64,000 nt of DNA from Sphagnum compactum (taxonomy: Eukaryota): the NCBI GenBank assembly GCA_965153455.1, contig OZ234493.1:17970213-18034212 (forward strand). Direction: 5' to 3'. The notes under the pieces were generated by a model. That model was not told the origin of the DNA and did not search any database. It was given only the letters and a program-made list of their open reading frames with translations. A program made the position numbers and the translations under genes. Each line of letters begins with the position of its first letter. Position 1 is the stretch's first letter. Positions 12,620 to 23,399 of this stretch are shown here, piece after piece.

Positions 12620-14451
12620 GTTATCATCCAACCACGCGAGAGACATCTGAAAGCCCACATGTTTCATCAAGACTGCATTTCCATTCCCATGCCCACACCT
12701 GTTCTTTCCTGGTCACATCCACATAGGGAGCCAGTCTCATAAGCTCTGTCACCAGGCTCTGAGTTCTATGCATTCTCTTTCTTTGCTTTCTTCCATTGCT
12801 TGGTGCAGGAAGAGCAGTCATCTTCAAAGTCTTCTTCAATTCTCTCAGTTTGAAGATACACCCAAAGCTTGTGATCTCCACCAGGTCAACACAGGAGTCT
12901 CTTTCAAGCAATCTAATGCCCCACTGACTACCTAGTTCACCTGAACACACAAGACAGTTCAACAGTCCTTCAACACCAACAATACAGAATCTGAAGTTGT
13001 GTGTCATAAGTTCTTGAGATGAAGGATTGAGTTCACAATTGTTAATGGATTTTGTCAATCCCACAACTATCATGACTGTCACTAGTTCATTCAGTTTCTA
13101 CTGTTTGTCAATGCAGCTGCAGCTTCCTGTGGATTAACCAATTATTGAAGCAAGGAGTTTTCCTTTTGCACAGAAAAACTATCCACATCTGCTATTTTTC
13201 AAAAGCAACATATCATAGAATAAAGTGCATTCAGTAGTCTAGAGTGGAGCAATTTTATGCCAGATGAAAAAGCAATGACTGGAGGTGGTGATCCTATCCA
13301 TGCCTATGCCATTGCTTCCTTGAAAAATACTACCAATGGTTCCAGCCTTCAGCTCCTAAAGGTGACAAATTGGAGGCCATAATCCTCAATGACTCAAACA
13401 AGTTCCTGCCATCATTCAATAAGCAACACAATCCAATACAACTGCATCAACAAATTACATTACTCAATGACCACACAACATTGGAGCTCAGTACCAGGTC
13501 CATGGATAAGATATAGAAACACAAATATACCTGCAGTGGCTTTGCTGTCTCAAGAATGGGGATCTCCTGGATTGGTTTGCACTCACATGACTACCTCAGC
13601 CAATGGCACAGAAAAAGTTACTTTCAGTTCCAGCTCCACATCTGTTTCATTGCCACCAGCTGTCTCACCATGCATAAAACCCCAATAATTGCTCTCTTCA
13701 AGCAACCAAACTCCAGTCCAGTGACATCCCATAAGGAAGTTCAAGATCAAACCTCTCCTGTGGTAAATCATTTCTGAACTCAGCTGGGTCTTCTCCATAA
13801 GAGACAAGCAAGTTGGCACTTAGAGTACACAGCAATTCCCAACCCCTTCTCCTCCTGGTGACCCTAAACAGTTCAAACACAATGCTAAGGCTCTTTGAAC
13901 TTTTATAGTGAGCAGGTTTGACATGTGCAGTGAGGCTTATGGACAAGAGTTTTACCAACCTGCACAAGGGAACAAATTGACAGTGAATGACTTGAACTTT
14001 TTCGCATCTGTCTTATTATTGAGTGCTGTAGCATCACTGTCACCCTTGCCCATGCTACCATGGTCCTCTTCAACGGCACCTCTACAACTGTTTGCTCAAG
14101 CTCCTCAAGAGTCCTTCCTTCATCCACTGCTGACCTACTTCCATCTCCTCGGGAGAGTGTGTTTTCCAATAAATTGTCTCCTTCCAATGGAGTTTCTCTG
14201 GAACAGCATTAAACCCCAATTTTGTTTTCTCTGGCATCTCCTTCAGTTCTGTCGGCGATGCTATATCATCAGTACACTGAGCTCCTTCATCTGTTTCTTT
14301 TTTGGCAGATTTCTCTTCCACAGAAACCAATCCCCCCTACATCCAGCAGCCTGCATTTTTCGCTCTCTCCCAGGAGGCTTCCTTCTCAGTTTCTTCTCCC
14401 TACCAAGTGGGACCAGAGGAGGAACCACAGGAAGAAGAGGAGCCACTATCT
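12620..14451 (-). pseudogene. Decayed 3' half of the NFRKB-like gene (winged-helix-like and C-terminal conserved blocks)
   Basis: Fragments with stops and frameshifts: VPLAEVVM*VQTNPGDP/ILETAKPLQ (about 13610-13531, followed by a GT donor); ELV*V/LRIMASNLSPLGAEGW/PLVVFFKEAMA*AWIG (about 13405-13290); VN*VVSGALDCL/ERDSCV/DHKLWVYLQTERIEEDFEDDCSSCTKQWKKAKKE (12940-12775). These match recalled plant NFRKB blocks (RVRSNPGDPCILETQEPLQDLVRGVLKIFSSKTAPLGAKGW; QVVSGALDRLHYERDPCV..KLWVYLHREREEEDFEDDGTSSTKKWK). Confidence 0.85.
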
Positions 14452-15942
14452 TTACCTGCGAATGGTATAATAGCTTCCTCTTATTTCTTCTTCTTCTAGA
14501 TCATCATCATCTTCTAGTGCATATGGGTCACTGGCACGGTCCATCTCTTCATCAAACAGCTGATGTTTGTGTTTGTATCCACCATCATCTGTGTCCTCCG
14601 ATTGATCATTGTCATCAAAGTCATCATCTGAATCTTCTGCCACCACTCCTCTCTCAAAATCTACCAGAGGTGGAGGTCCTCTGCTTCTGGGCACAAGACC
14701 ATCGGTTTTTTTCATGACACCTTTGCCCTTGGATATCACCTTCAAAACACCCTTGGGTGCAGGTTTGTGAAGTCTTGGTCTATTATATCCTTTGTCTGGT
14801 TTCTCCATCTCTGGAAACCTCTTGGATGGACCACCCTCTGCAGCAGCTCCTCCTCCTACTCTGGGAACTGTCTTGATCTTCAGAAACCCCTTGGATCCCA
14901 CTGTTGTGTGGGTTGGCATTACCATTTCTGGTTTTTTCTTCGTTGTTGTTGCAGGAGCAAGGACAGGTGGTACTACAATAGGAATACTCCTTTGCAGTGA
15001 AATTTTCCCTTTCTTAGGAGGAAGTTCAGGTGCCTTCCTTTTTGTTGTTATTCCTTCGTTGGTATTGAGTCTCTTGTTGTTTGTGCCATCGACAACCGCT
15101 GCCGCCGCTGCTGCCTGGACCACCACGCTCTTGGCTGTTGCTGGTTTCCGCATCACACGCTTGGGCTTCACAGGCAGCGGCGGCAACAGCTGCTGAGGTT
15201 GCGACTGCCGTTTGTGCCAGATCTCAGGTCTCTCCTCAAAGTCCGCTTCTGGAAAACTCTCCCACGTTTCTTGCATTTCCAGAAACAGGTTGACCATCTG
15301 GTTATGATACTGGCGGATCAGATGGTAATGCTCTTTCCTCTGCAAGTACTTCAAACCCTCGCGGTACTGCGAGACACGGGGATGACACAAACCCTTCTTC
15401 AACCGATCGAACAATGTGGTGATCGGACTACCGAAGTGGAAATTCCCACCACCGAGAAGCTCTCGGATCGTGTCCTTGAACACATCTTCCTCATCAAACG
15501 GTGGAAGAAAAGGCAACAGTCTCTCCCTCTCCTCTTCCGTTAAGCTATAGTTCCATGTGTTGAGAGACAGCACTCCTTGAAGACTCGGTAGATCAAACAA
15601 CTGTGCAGGTACCACGCACATGTCTCCTCCTATTTGACATACCTCACTCCCTCTCTCCACGTTTTCCTCGTCCGATCCTTCCGAATCCCCTCCTCCTCCT
15701 GCTCCACTCCCTCCCGCAACCGGCACTGCTCCTGCTGCTGCTGCTTCTGCGCCTGCAGCCGCTGATACTGCTATCGTTGCTGCTTCTGGTAGTGGTGGTG
15801 GTGCTACTGGTGCTACTGTTGGTTCAGGAATTTTTGCAACACGCCGCTTTGGCGGCGGCTTCACTGCTGGATTCTCATCTGTAGAAGAACCTGACATTTT
15901 ATTTCTCTTGTTCACTCCAGATCCCGTTCCTGTGATGGCCAT
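14452..15942 (-). CDS. NFRKB-like INO80 complex subunit, N-terminal DEUBAD/ASX-homology portion (496 aa, truncated)
   Basis: Uninterrupted ORF from ATG 15942 (MAITG..). GSEVCQIGGDMCVVPAQLFDLPSLQGVLSLNTWNYSLTEEERERLLPFLP..ELLGGGNFHFGSPITTLFDRLKKGLCHPRV..HYHLIRQYHNQMV is the plant NFRKB DEUBAD signature. A KGVLKV motif follows further downstream. Confidence 0.88.
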   Translation of the reverse strand: MAITGTGSGVNKRNKMSGSSTDENPAVKPPPKRRVAKIPEPTVAPVAPPPLPEAATIAVSAAAGAEAAAAGAVPVAGGSGAGGGGDSEGSDEENVERGSEVCQIGGDMCVVPAQLFDLPSLQGVLSLNTWNYSLTEEERERLLPFLPPFDEEDVFKDTIRELLGGGNFHFGSPITTLFDRLKKGLCHPRVSQYREGLKYLQRKEHYHLIRQYHNQMVNLFLEMQETWESFPEADFEERPEIWHKRQSQPQQLLPPLPVKPKRVMRKPATAKSVVVQAAAAAAVVDGTNNKRLNTNEGITTKRKAPELPPKKGKISLQRSIPIVVPPVLAPATTTKKKPEMVMPTHTTVGSKGFLKIKTVPRVGGGAAAEGGPSKRFPEMEKPDKGYNRPRLHKPAPKGVLKVISKGKGVMKKTDGLVPRSRGPPPLVDFERGVVAEDSDDDFDDNDQSEDTDDGGYKHKHQLFDEEMDRASDPYALEDDDDLEEEEIRGSYYTIRR

Positions 15943-16617
15943 CAATCGGAGCTCCGTCTCTCCGCGTCTACCCTAATATCTTCTCCCCAGCAAATCCAAC
16001 GACACATACACACAAATACACAGAGCACACACACTCTCTCTCTCCCTCTCTCTTGTGCGAGCGAGCGAGCGAGCTAGCTCCGCGTCTTCAATGAAGTAAA
16101 GAAGAGAAGAGAAACAAAAGGCGGTCGAGCTTGTCCGCCATCGCCAGACCTGCGTCGGGAGCTTGCCGCGCTTCCAGTGTTCCACGCTCTGGATCCGAAG
16201 CCTATGACCGCGGAGTGCACCGCCACGGCAGTACCGCGCGATTGAGCGGCTTTGCGCTCTTGTTCCAAGTTCCCACCAGTAATTTATTTTGGAGCGAAAA
16301 TTCGCTTTTTTCAACCTAAATTATGGGCTAGCGAATCATAAAAGGCGTTTTAAGGAAAACATCTGCCCTTAATCGCAAAGAAGTTATCAAAAAAATTTAG
16401 TGTTGCCATCATGACGACAACAGGAAGACACAGGACACCTCCCCCTTGTCAAGGGAAAATTGTCATTCATCAAAGACGAACCCACTTTACATCCAAATCA
16501 TTGGATCTTTGCCCTAATGACCGTTGATTTCGCAACCCTAACTCCTTCCCTCTAACCCATTTTCACCACCATGTCACCTCCCTCTAACCCGTTTTCATGC
16601 AGAATACTGTAGCAGTA

Positions 16618-16732
16618 AGAAGCATTGAGCATTGAGGCAGTAGTGACATAGCAACGTAGTTGTGAGTTGTGACCCATGAAGCATTGAGCATTGAGGTTGT
16701 AGTGGCATAGCAACGTAGTTGTGACTTGTGAC
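16618..16732. repeat. 60-bp tandem duplication
   Basis: GAAGCATTGAGCATTGAGG..GTAGTG.CATAGCAACGTAGTTGTGA.TTGTGAC occurs twice. Confidence 0.85.
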
Positions 16733-17759
16733 TTGTGCATTCCAAGTTTCAACTTGTAGATGGCCCTTGTTCTTTAATGCGCAATGATGCATCAATTATC
16801 TTAGTCTCAAGAGTTGTTGAAATCAAGCTATTGTACCAAAACAACAGCAACTCATGACTCGCAAGATGACGCTTCAACCTTCAACAATTCAGTGTTCAAC
16901 TCTTCATTGTTCGAGCCTCAAGGGTCTAGAGTTTGGACTCTAGATTGTAAACTCTCAAAGATTCCAAAGTCCACATTATACACCTTAGGGAGTTACAATT
17001 TTTTTAATTTATGTTTCAAAGTGTTTTTTTTCATCTTGCTCTTTGATCTTGGTTATGTAATGTGTACATGTGCATTGTGTAATTGGAGGTTGTTGATAGT
17101 GTAGGACTGTTATGTGTGCATGACTCTTCTTTTGTGTGTATTCTGGAAGTCATCAACATCTTGTTGGCAACTATTTAACATCTGTTATAACTTCTTTGTA
17201 TGAAGTTTGTTTTTTTGCGCAACTTTTCTTGTATGTGCGGCTTTTGTTGTAGTTAGATTTTGCATAACTATTACACTGATGCAACTTGTGTGCGTGTTTT
17301 GGAAGTCATTGACTTCTTGCTAACAGTTGTTCAACATCTGCTATAGTTTCTTTGTGTGAGGTTTGCAATTTGGACTCTAGACTTTGATGAACATCCACAC
17401 CATGAGTGAGTGTTGTTATGCATTTGCAATTTAAGTAGGCTCTTTCAACCTTCTCTTGAAATTCTATTGCTTTTGATTAGGGTTTCTGGATTTCATTCAA
17501 TCATGCCTCCACATAAGTTCCAACCAATTTTAAGTTCAAATATTTCTTCAGTGGTTGAATCCTTGGAAAAGTTTTAACACTTGATGAACCTCATTGTTGT
17601 GATGCACCTAAATCCAGTAGCATGGGTGTCGAAAGAAGTTGCATGCCTTCTTTTGAATTGCAAACTCTTAGTCCACCTTTGACTTTGTATGCAAACCTTG
17701 AAGGTCTTGAACCCCTTGAAATTTCTACTATTGTTAATGGCATGCACCCAATCCCAAGA

Positions 17760-18870
17760 AACAAAATAAATATGAAATTTCTAATGTGAATTGGAAATTT
17801 CAGGAGGTCTAAGCTTTGAAAATGCCATGTGCAGAGCCATATTGAATGATGTTGGTTTGGTAACTTTTATCAAATGTTGGTTTAGTAGAATTGAGTTCGA
17901 AATTAGGAGGTCTTAATGGCTAAATGGGATTCTATAAAGAAGCATGCAGGGAAGAGGAAAAGACCTAATGGTAAGTGGTATATGGATCCAAAATGTGAGC
18001 ATGCAAAAAATGAATTTGCACATGTTCAACTATCTTCCATAATTGTCCTCCAACAATTTAATATTGATTAGTAGTGGAAAACAAACGAAAACTTATCTAA
18101 TTTGCCATTGTTTTCAACTTGTTAAGTAAAGGTAAGCCCATGATAGATTATGAAGATTTTTTAACTTTTTTTTTAGTTCTTGAAACTTTGATCTACCCTT
18201 CAAAAACATTGGTTTGATGGTGCCTATTGGGAAATGGCAGAACACATTGACCATGAAAAGCCATTAAAATTGTTATCCAAAATGCCAAGTTTGCATCCTT
18301 ACTTTGTGTGATGAGGTCACTTAATTCCATGGATAATGCAAGTTGGGCAAGTGTGCATGGTTATAGTGTGTAGGATTGGTGTCACATACCTTTATTGTTG
18401 AATGTGCAACATGTGGTTTCTAAATCTGGAGTTAACATTATAACTTTGTTGATCATGAATTATTTTATGACACAAGGGGGTTTGAAGGAAGAGGAGTGTG
18501 GTTCAAAGCTAGTCTCTTTTGGTGTTAATGGGGTTGATACCTTCCAAGGCCTCAGATCTAGGATTACATTTCAATCCAATGTCAATATGTTCCATTCATC
18601 ATGAGTGTGCATTGTATAGTTCACTAGACAAATTTGACGATATAAACCCTCTCAAACCTTTCTTTGGTGTCTCACATTGAAGGTCTTTTGCAGTATTTAT
18701 AAAAAATTTCAACCATAGCCCTAAGGAACATCTGGAATTTATAAAAATGTTGAGATCATGGAAACCAACGATAGTAAAATAATACGAAATATAAAAACCA
18801 AGTGGATATCCATGATCAATCCTATCAAACGTGTGTTATTTAAATATCGCATTCTTTTAATGACGATGCA
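17760..18870 (+). mobile_element. Degenerate hAT-like (ZNF862/DUF4371-type) transposase remnant
   Basis: Broken-frame fragments CDEVT..MDNASWASVHGY, LLLNVQHVVSKSG..KLVSFGVNGVDTFQG, VHCIVH*TNL, NHSPK and IRNIKTKWISMINPIKRVL correspond to hAT DDE-domain motifs (DE-T, xDGA, HCxxH, TRW). Confidence 0.75.
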
Positions 18871-19145
18871 CTCAAATTGTAGAAGTTTTTAAAGACAATG
18901 TAAAAAAACAAAATGTGGCTTGGTACAGGTGTAAGGTTCCAATCCGTTGCATTGTTAGATGAATTAATGGTCAAACTAGAAATATGTTATAAAGTTTGGT
19001 GCGATGACTATTTCCACAATGGACATAGTAGTTACATTAAATATGCTTACATATACAATGTGGTAGTTCTAATCATCAACTAGAATAACTAATAGAAATA
19101 TTATTGCATGTGACTATCATTTGCAATTAGTTTTTAGTCACAAGC

Positions 19146-19982
19146 CAACGCACCCCCAAGCTCCTTGATAGACTCGACTGCAAGTCCAAAGTGAAAACAG
19201 CGAAAGGACAAAAAGTTGGGGTACGTTCCCTGGCTCGCAACACTTCAGGGTATAGGGGCGTGCTGGAGTTCCGGGATGGGACTAGGACGAGTGACAAGCG
19301 GGTCAATTATTCACATGGACTTGCACAAACCAAACAACAAGTTGATTACTGCATAGTTGGAGCACCTTTGGTGCATGGACGAACCATGGGCAAACATGGA
19401 TTCACAAGACTCACCATGGCCCGGACTTGGGGGAAGTCACCACCTTCCCCCTTATAGTATTCTTTGTGCCTGGCCACGGGGCCAATGCCCAAATGTCATT
19501 TTGTCTTGGGACTCTCAAGTTGGGAGTCCCAAAATTCCTGAAATTGGGACTCCTGCAACTTTGGAAGCCTATAACTTCTTATGCGAACCACGATATGTGG
19601 CACATCACCTACACGTAAGTAAATCAGGGCGATTCCCGATTTTTAATGGTCCTAACCTGTCTTTTGGCCATAACTTGTATTTTAAGTACCCAAATGGGTC
19701 ATGTGAGCTCATTTTAAACATCTACGTTCCAAAAGCTTTCCAATGGTATAAAAAACGGTTCAATTTAATCAATTTTGTCCCTTGCAATTGCCTTTTAAAA
19801 AGTCGAGAGTCCATTGGGACTCCAACTCCCAAAGTGGAAACTCACTTGGAAGTGTGGGGGTTCATTCCGTCACACTCTCGTACACTCCCAAGAGCATGAA
19901 ATGTGATTCTCGGGCTCCACCCTTGGCCCGCACCTTTACAAGCCCTTGCCTTGGTTGCGAGCCCAAAGCTAAGGTTGCGACA
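19146..19982. mobile_element. Solo-LTR-like interspersed repeat (~840 bp)
   Basis: GC-richer block ending in GGTTGCGACA; the 5' end is CAACGCACCCCC rather than canonical TG. Flanks CAAGC (19141-19145) and TAAGC (19983-19987) fit a 5-bp TSD with one mismatch. A decayed relative lies at 59223-60093. Confidence 0.7.
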
Positions 19983-20159
19983 TAAGCAACATTTGTGACT
20001 AAAATGGTTGTAGTAACAAATGACTCACAAGTTGCATGCGAAAACCAGTCACATGAGACGGATGAAATATTTTTTCATCAAATACATATATGGTCGTCAT
20101 ATAATGTATACATGAATGTTTTTGCAACTAAAATTGCAACTATATTGGTGACCAGTTAC

Positions 20160-21575
20160 ATTTTGCCATGTCACACCCACGTTTACAACGCCACATGGCA
20201 CCTATATAGCTTATGTGACACATAGGTTTAGACATAGGCCATGTGGCATATATCTAGACCTAGGTGCCACATGGCACGTCTAAACTTAGGTGCCACATAA
20301 CACTTAACTTATTCAGGTCTATACATATGCCATGTGGCACCTAGGTGTAAACAAATGCCACATGCCACTTTTAGGCCTACCCTAGGTGATCACCTAGGCT
20401 AGGCCTAGATTTAGGCCACGTGGCACATAGGCTAGGTCTAAACCTACGCCACTTAGGCTAGGCCTAGATTTAAGCCACATGGCAACTATTAAAAATATTA
20501 TATTTCTTTTTGGGTTTAATTAAGGTTGAGCCTTTTTTATTGGTTCAACCCAAAATGCAATTACATTTTAATTTGTACATTGTGCTCCTAGGACACCTTT
20601 TTATGTAGTTGACAAAACTAAAATGGGAAGCAAAACATATGGGATTAATTTTGTAGTTACAACCTAGTTGCAACCTAATTACAATTAGTTGTGCAATTAC
20701 TTGGGTTACTAGTGACTACCTAGTTTAACCTACTACTTTTAACCTAACTTACAACTTATTAACCTAACCTATTAATTAACACATTTTATGATGTGGCACA
20801 TAGTTTAATCATGTTGCCATGTGGCATGGAAAAAAAGGTTAATTAGGTGCCACATGGCATGGCCTAAACCTAGCCTATGTGTTATGTGGCATGCCCTAAC
20901 AGAACCTAGATGCCATGTGGCATGGCCTAAACTTTACCTAGTTGCCATAAAGCATGTCTTAGCCATGTGGCATGGCTAAACTTAGCCTAAATGCCATATG
21001 GCATGGCTAGGCGTAGTATATGTGTTATGTGACATGGCATAAGCCTAGTCTAAGCGCCATGTGGCATGGCATAGGCCTAGCCCAAGTGCCACATGGCATG
21101 TCCTAGCCTAAACTAAGTGCCACATGGCATGGCTTAAGCTAAGATAGGTGCCATGTGGCATGGCTTAAACCTCACATATGTGCCACGTGGCATGGCTTAA
21201 ACCTAACGTATGTGCCATGTGGCATGTCTTATGTCGTGTTTAGGTGCCATGTGGGGTGGCTTAGACCTACCCTACGTGTCACATGACATAGCCTAGGCCT
21301 AACATATGTGGCATTTCTTATGCCTTGCTTAAATGCCACATGGCATGGCCTAACATGTATATGCGCCATGTGGCATGTCATAGTTTTGGCTAAGTGCCAC
21401 GTGGCATGGCCTAAGCCTAACATAGATGCCATGTGACATGGCTTAAGCCTAGCATAAGTGCCATGTGGCATTGCCTAGGCCTAATCTATGTTCCACATGT
21501 TATGTCTAAGCCTATATGTAAACGTAGGCAATGCCACATGTCATTAAGCCTAGGTTAAGTACCATGTGGTTTAGG
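20160..21575. repeat. Minisatellite of palindromic GCCACGTGGC-derived units (~30-bp period) with CCTAGG-type spacers
   Basis: Dozens of GCCATGTGGC, GCCACATGGC and GCCACGTGGC motifs in two blocks, about 20160-20485 and 20790-21575. Confidence 0.9.
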
Positions 21576-22559
21576 TAGGTAGATACTAGTAAGTAGGTTG
21601 GTATATATATATCTAGGTATGTCCTTGCTAGTTAAGTGGCCTAGATACTTTGTACAACTAGCATGTGACTATTTTGGTTACACTTGCAACTAAATGTATA
21701 TACAATGTTGTAAAAAATACAAAGACATTATAAAAAATAACACAATTTAAGGATGAAATAGGTCAAAGTCGTAACCTAGTTGGAAAAAAACCAAACTTCA
21801 TCCAAATTTGAAAAGTAATTACATAGGCAACCATTTATAGTCACATGCGACACTTAGTTACACGTAGTCACACAGGGACAAGTTGCAAGCAACATGATTT
21901 TTAATACTGAATGAACATGTTACAAATCTCATCTTGTGCATCTATGTCTCATGCTATTTATCTAGGGCATGCCATTCACACTTTTGTGATACACGTATGG
22001 GGTTTTTGGTAGGGGCAGTGGGAGTGGGTTGTCATCTTTGTCTCCGCCACTTAAAGGCGGGCTTGGTGTCACCATGAATGGAAGACTCATCTATAGGGCC
22101 CCTTGTAGATGGAATAATTGGTGTATGAAGGAGAAAAAACCTTGTTTTGTGGTGGGGGATGTCGAGGTTATTATTTTTGTGGGCACTAAGTTCGATGGCT
22201 TGAGTTATTATGGAATCATGGACAATCACCTCATCAAGTGCATGTGTGTCCTTTGAAAGCAAGATGTGGGGGGGCCATACCCTTACTGTCATCCCTGACT
22301 TTCAATTCATTGACTACTACTTGGATAACACAACATTGGATTTTCCCAGTCAATTTGCCATGTTACTCCTTGATCACACCCCACAAATTGTATGGTAAAG
22401 TGAGTAATACACACATAGTTGTTACACGGATGCAAGTAGTCTACTAGTTACATGTGTCATCGTATCATCCAATTGTGTTATTCAATACATAAATTTAAAT
22501 ATGTTACCTATGTTATAACATGTATTTTCTAAATTGTGAGAAATGGCAAGGTGCCATTC

Positions 22560-23230
22560 AACTTACATGATAGGTTGGTAATGAAGCCAACATCCCTCTT
22601 TCTTTGTAGGTAGGTTTCAAAATTGAACACAACCTACTGGCCACACTCCCAGGAGTTTTTTTGAACAAATACCTTAAGAACAACTTTATCCAAATTCAGA
22701 AATGTTACAAACTTTGTGTCATCTTCATTTAGGCCCCTAAATAGAGCCCATGCAATATGCACATTATGTGCAAACTCTTTGGATGTTGTGTTGTTGTGGA
22801 ACCCTAGTTTAGAATCACATTGAATGGTTTGTTCTTCCTCAAGGATGTATAGGGACCAATGGTCTTTGTCCAAACATGGCACAACCATAGTGTTGTTGAA
22901 AGTTGAGCTATGTTTCCAATATTTTTTCCACCGTCGCATTGTCCCTCCTCCATTCTAAGCTTCATTTTTTATTAACCTTGAAACTTCTGCATTTAACAAA
23001 AGGTACATGCCCTTGTTTGAGGCGACATTTTGGGCAAATGTATGCACAAGCATGAAATCCAACCACTTGTTAGACATGGGTGCTTCAAAGTCCGTGAGAT
23101 GGTCAAGATTAAATAAGGAAATGTCGATTTCCATGCTTTTGAGGCCCTTGAAAAATACGATGTAGTCAAATGCATCTAGAGACTTTCCATTTTTCAATTC
23201 GTCCACCAACTCGTCAACCTTACAAAGGAA
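22560..23230 (-). mobile_element. Ulp1-like (C48 peptidase) remnant, probably carried by a DNA transposon
   Basis: VVPCLDKDHWSLYILEEEQTIQCDS...VQKNSWECGQ shows the Ulp1 H-W..D-S..Q-x-N-x-x-x-C-G catalytic pattern. The upstream fragment MSNKWLDFML resembles the WL-D motif. Interrupted by stops. Confidence 0.7.
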
Positions 23231-23399
23231 ATAAAAAACAATAGACCAAAAATTATTAACATGATGCACATATAGCAAGTAATATTGAATATTAACATCC
23301 AATTATTAAACAACAAGGGTAAATTATAATTACATTAATGTTTGTTGCAAATATTGTAGTGTTTTGTCTTTCCTAGGCATAGTAGGTGACTATGGTGTA

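Noticed and set aside
13908-15884. Several + strand ORFs (269, 134, 114 and 93 aa)
   Set aside because: Antisense shadows of the NFRKB-like sequence.
20160-21575. Palindromic repeats with spacers as a CRISPR-like array
   Set aside because: The core is only about 10 bp and the spacers are themselves related to one another; this is a minisatellite.
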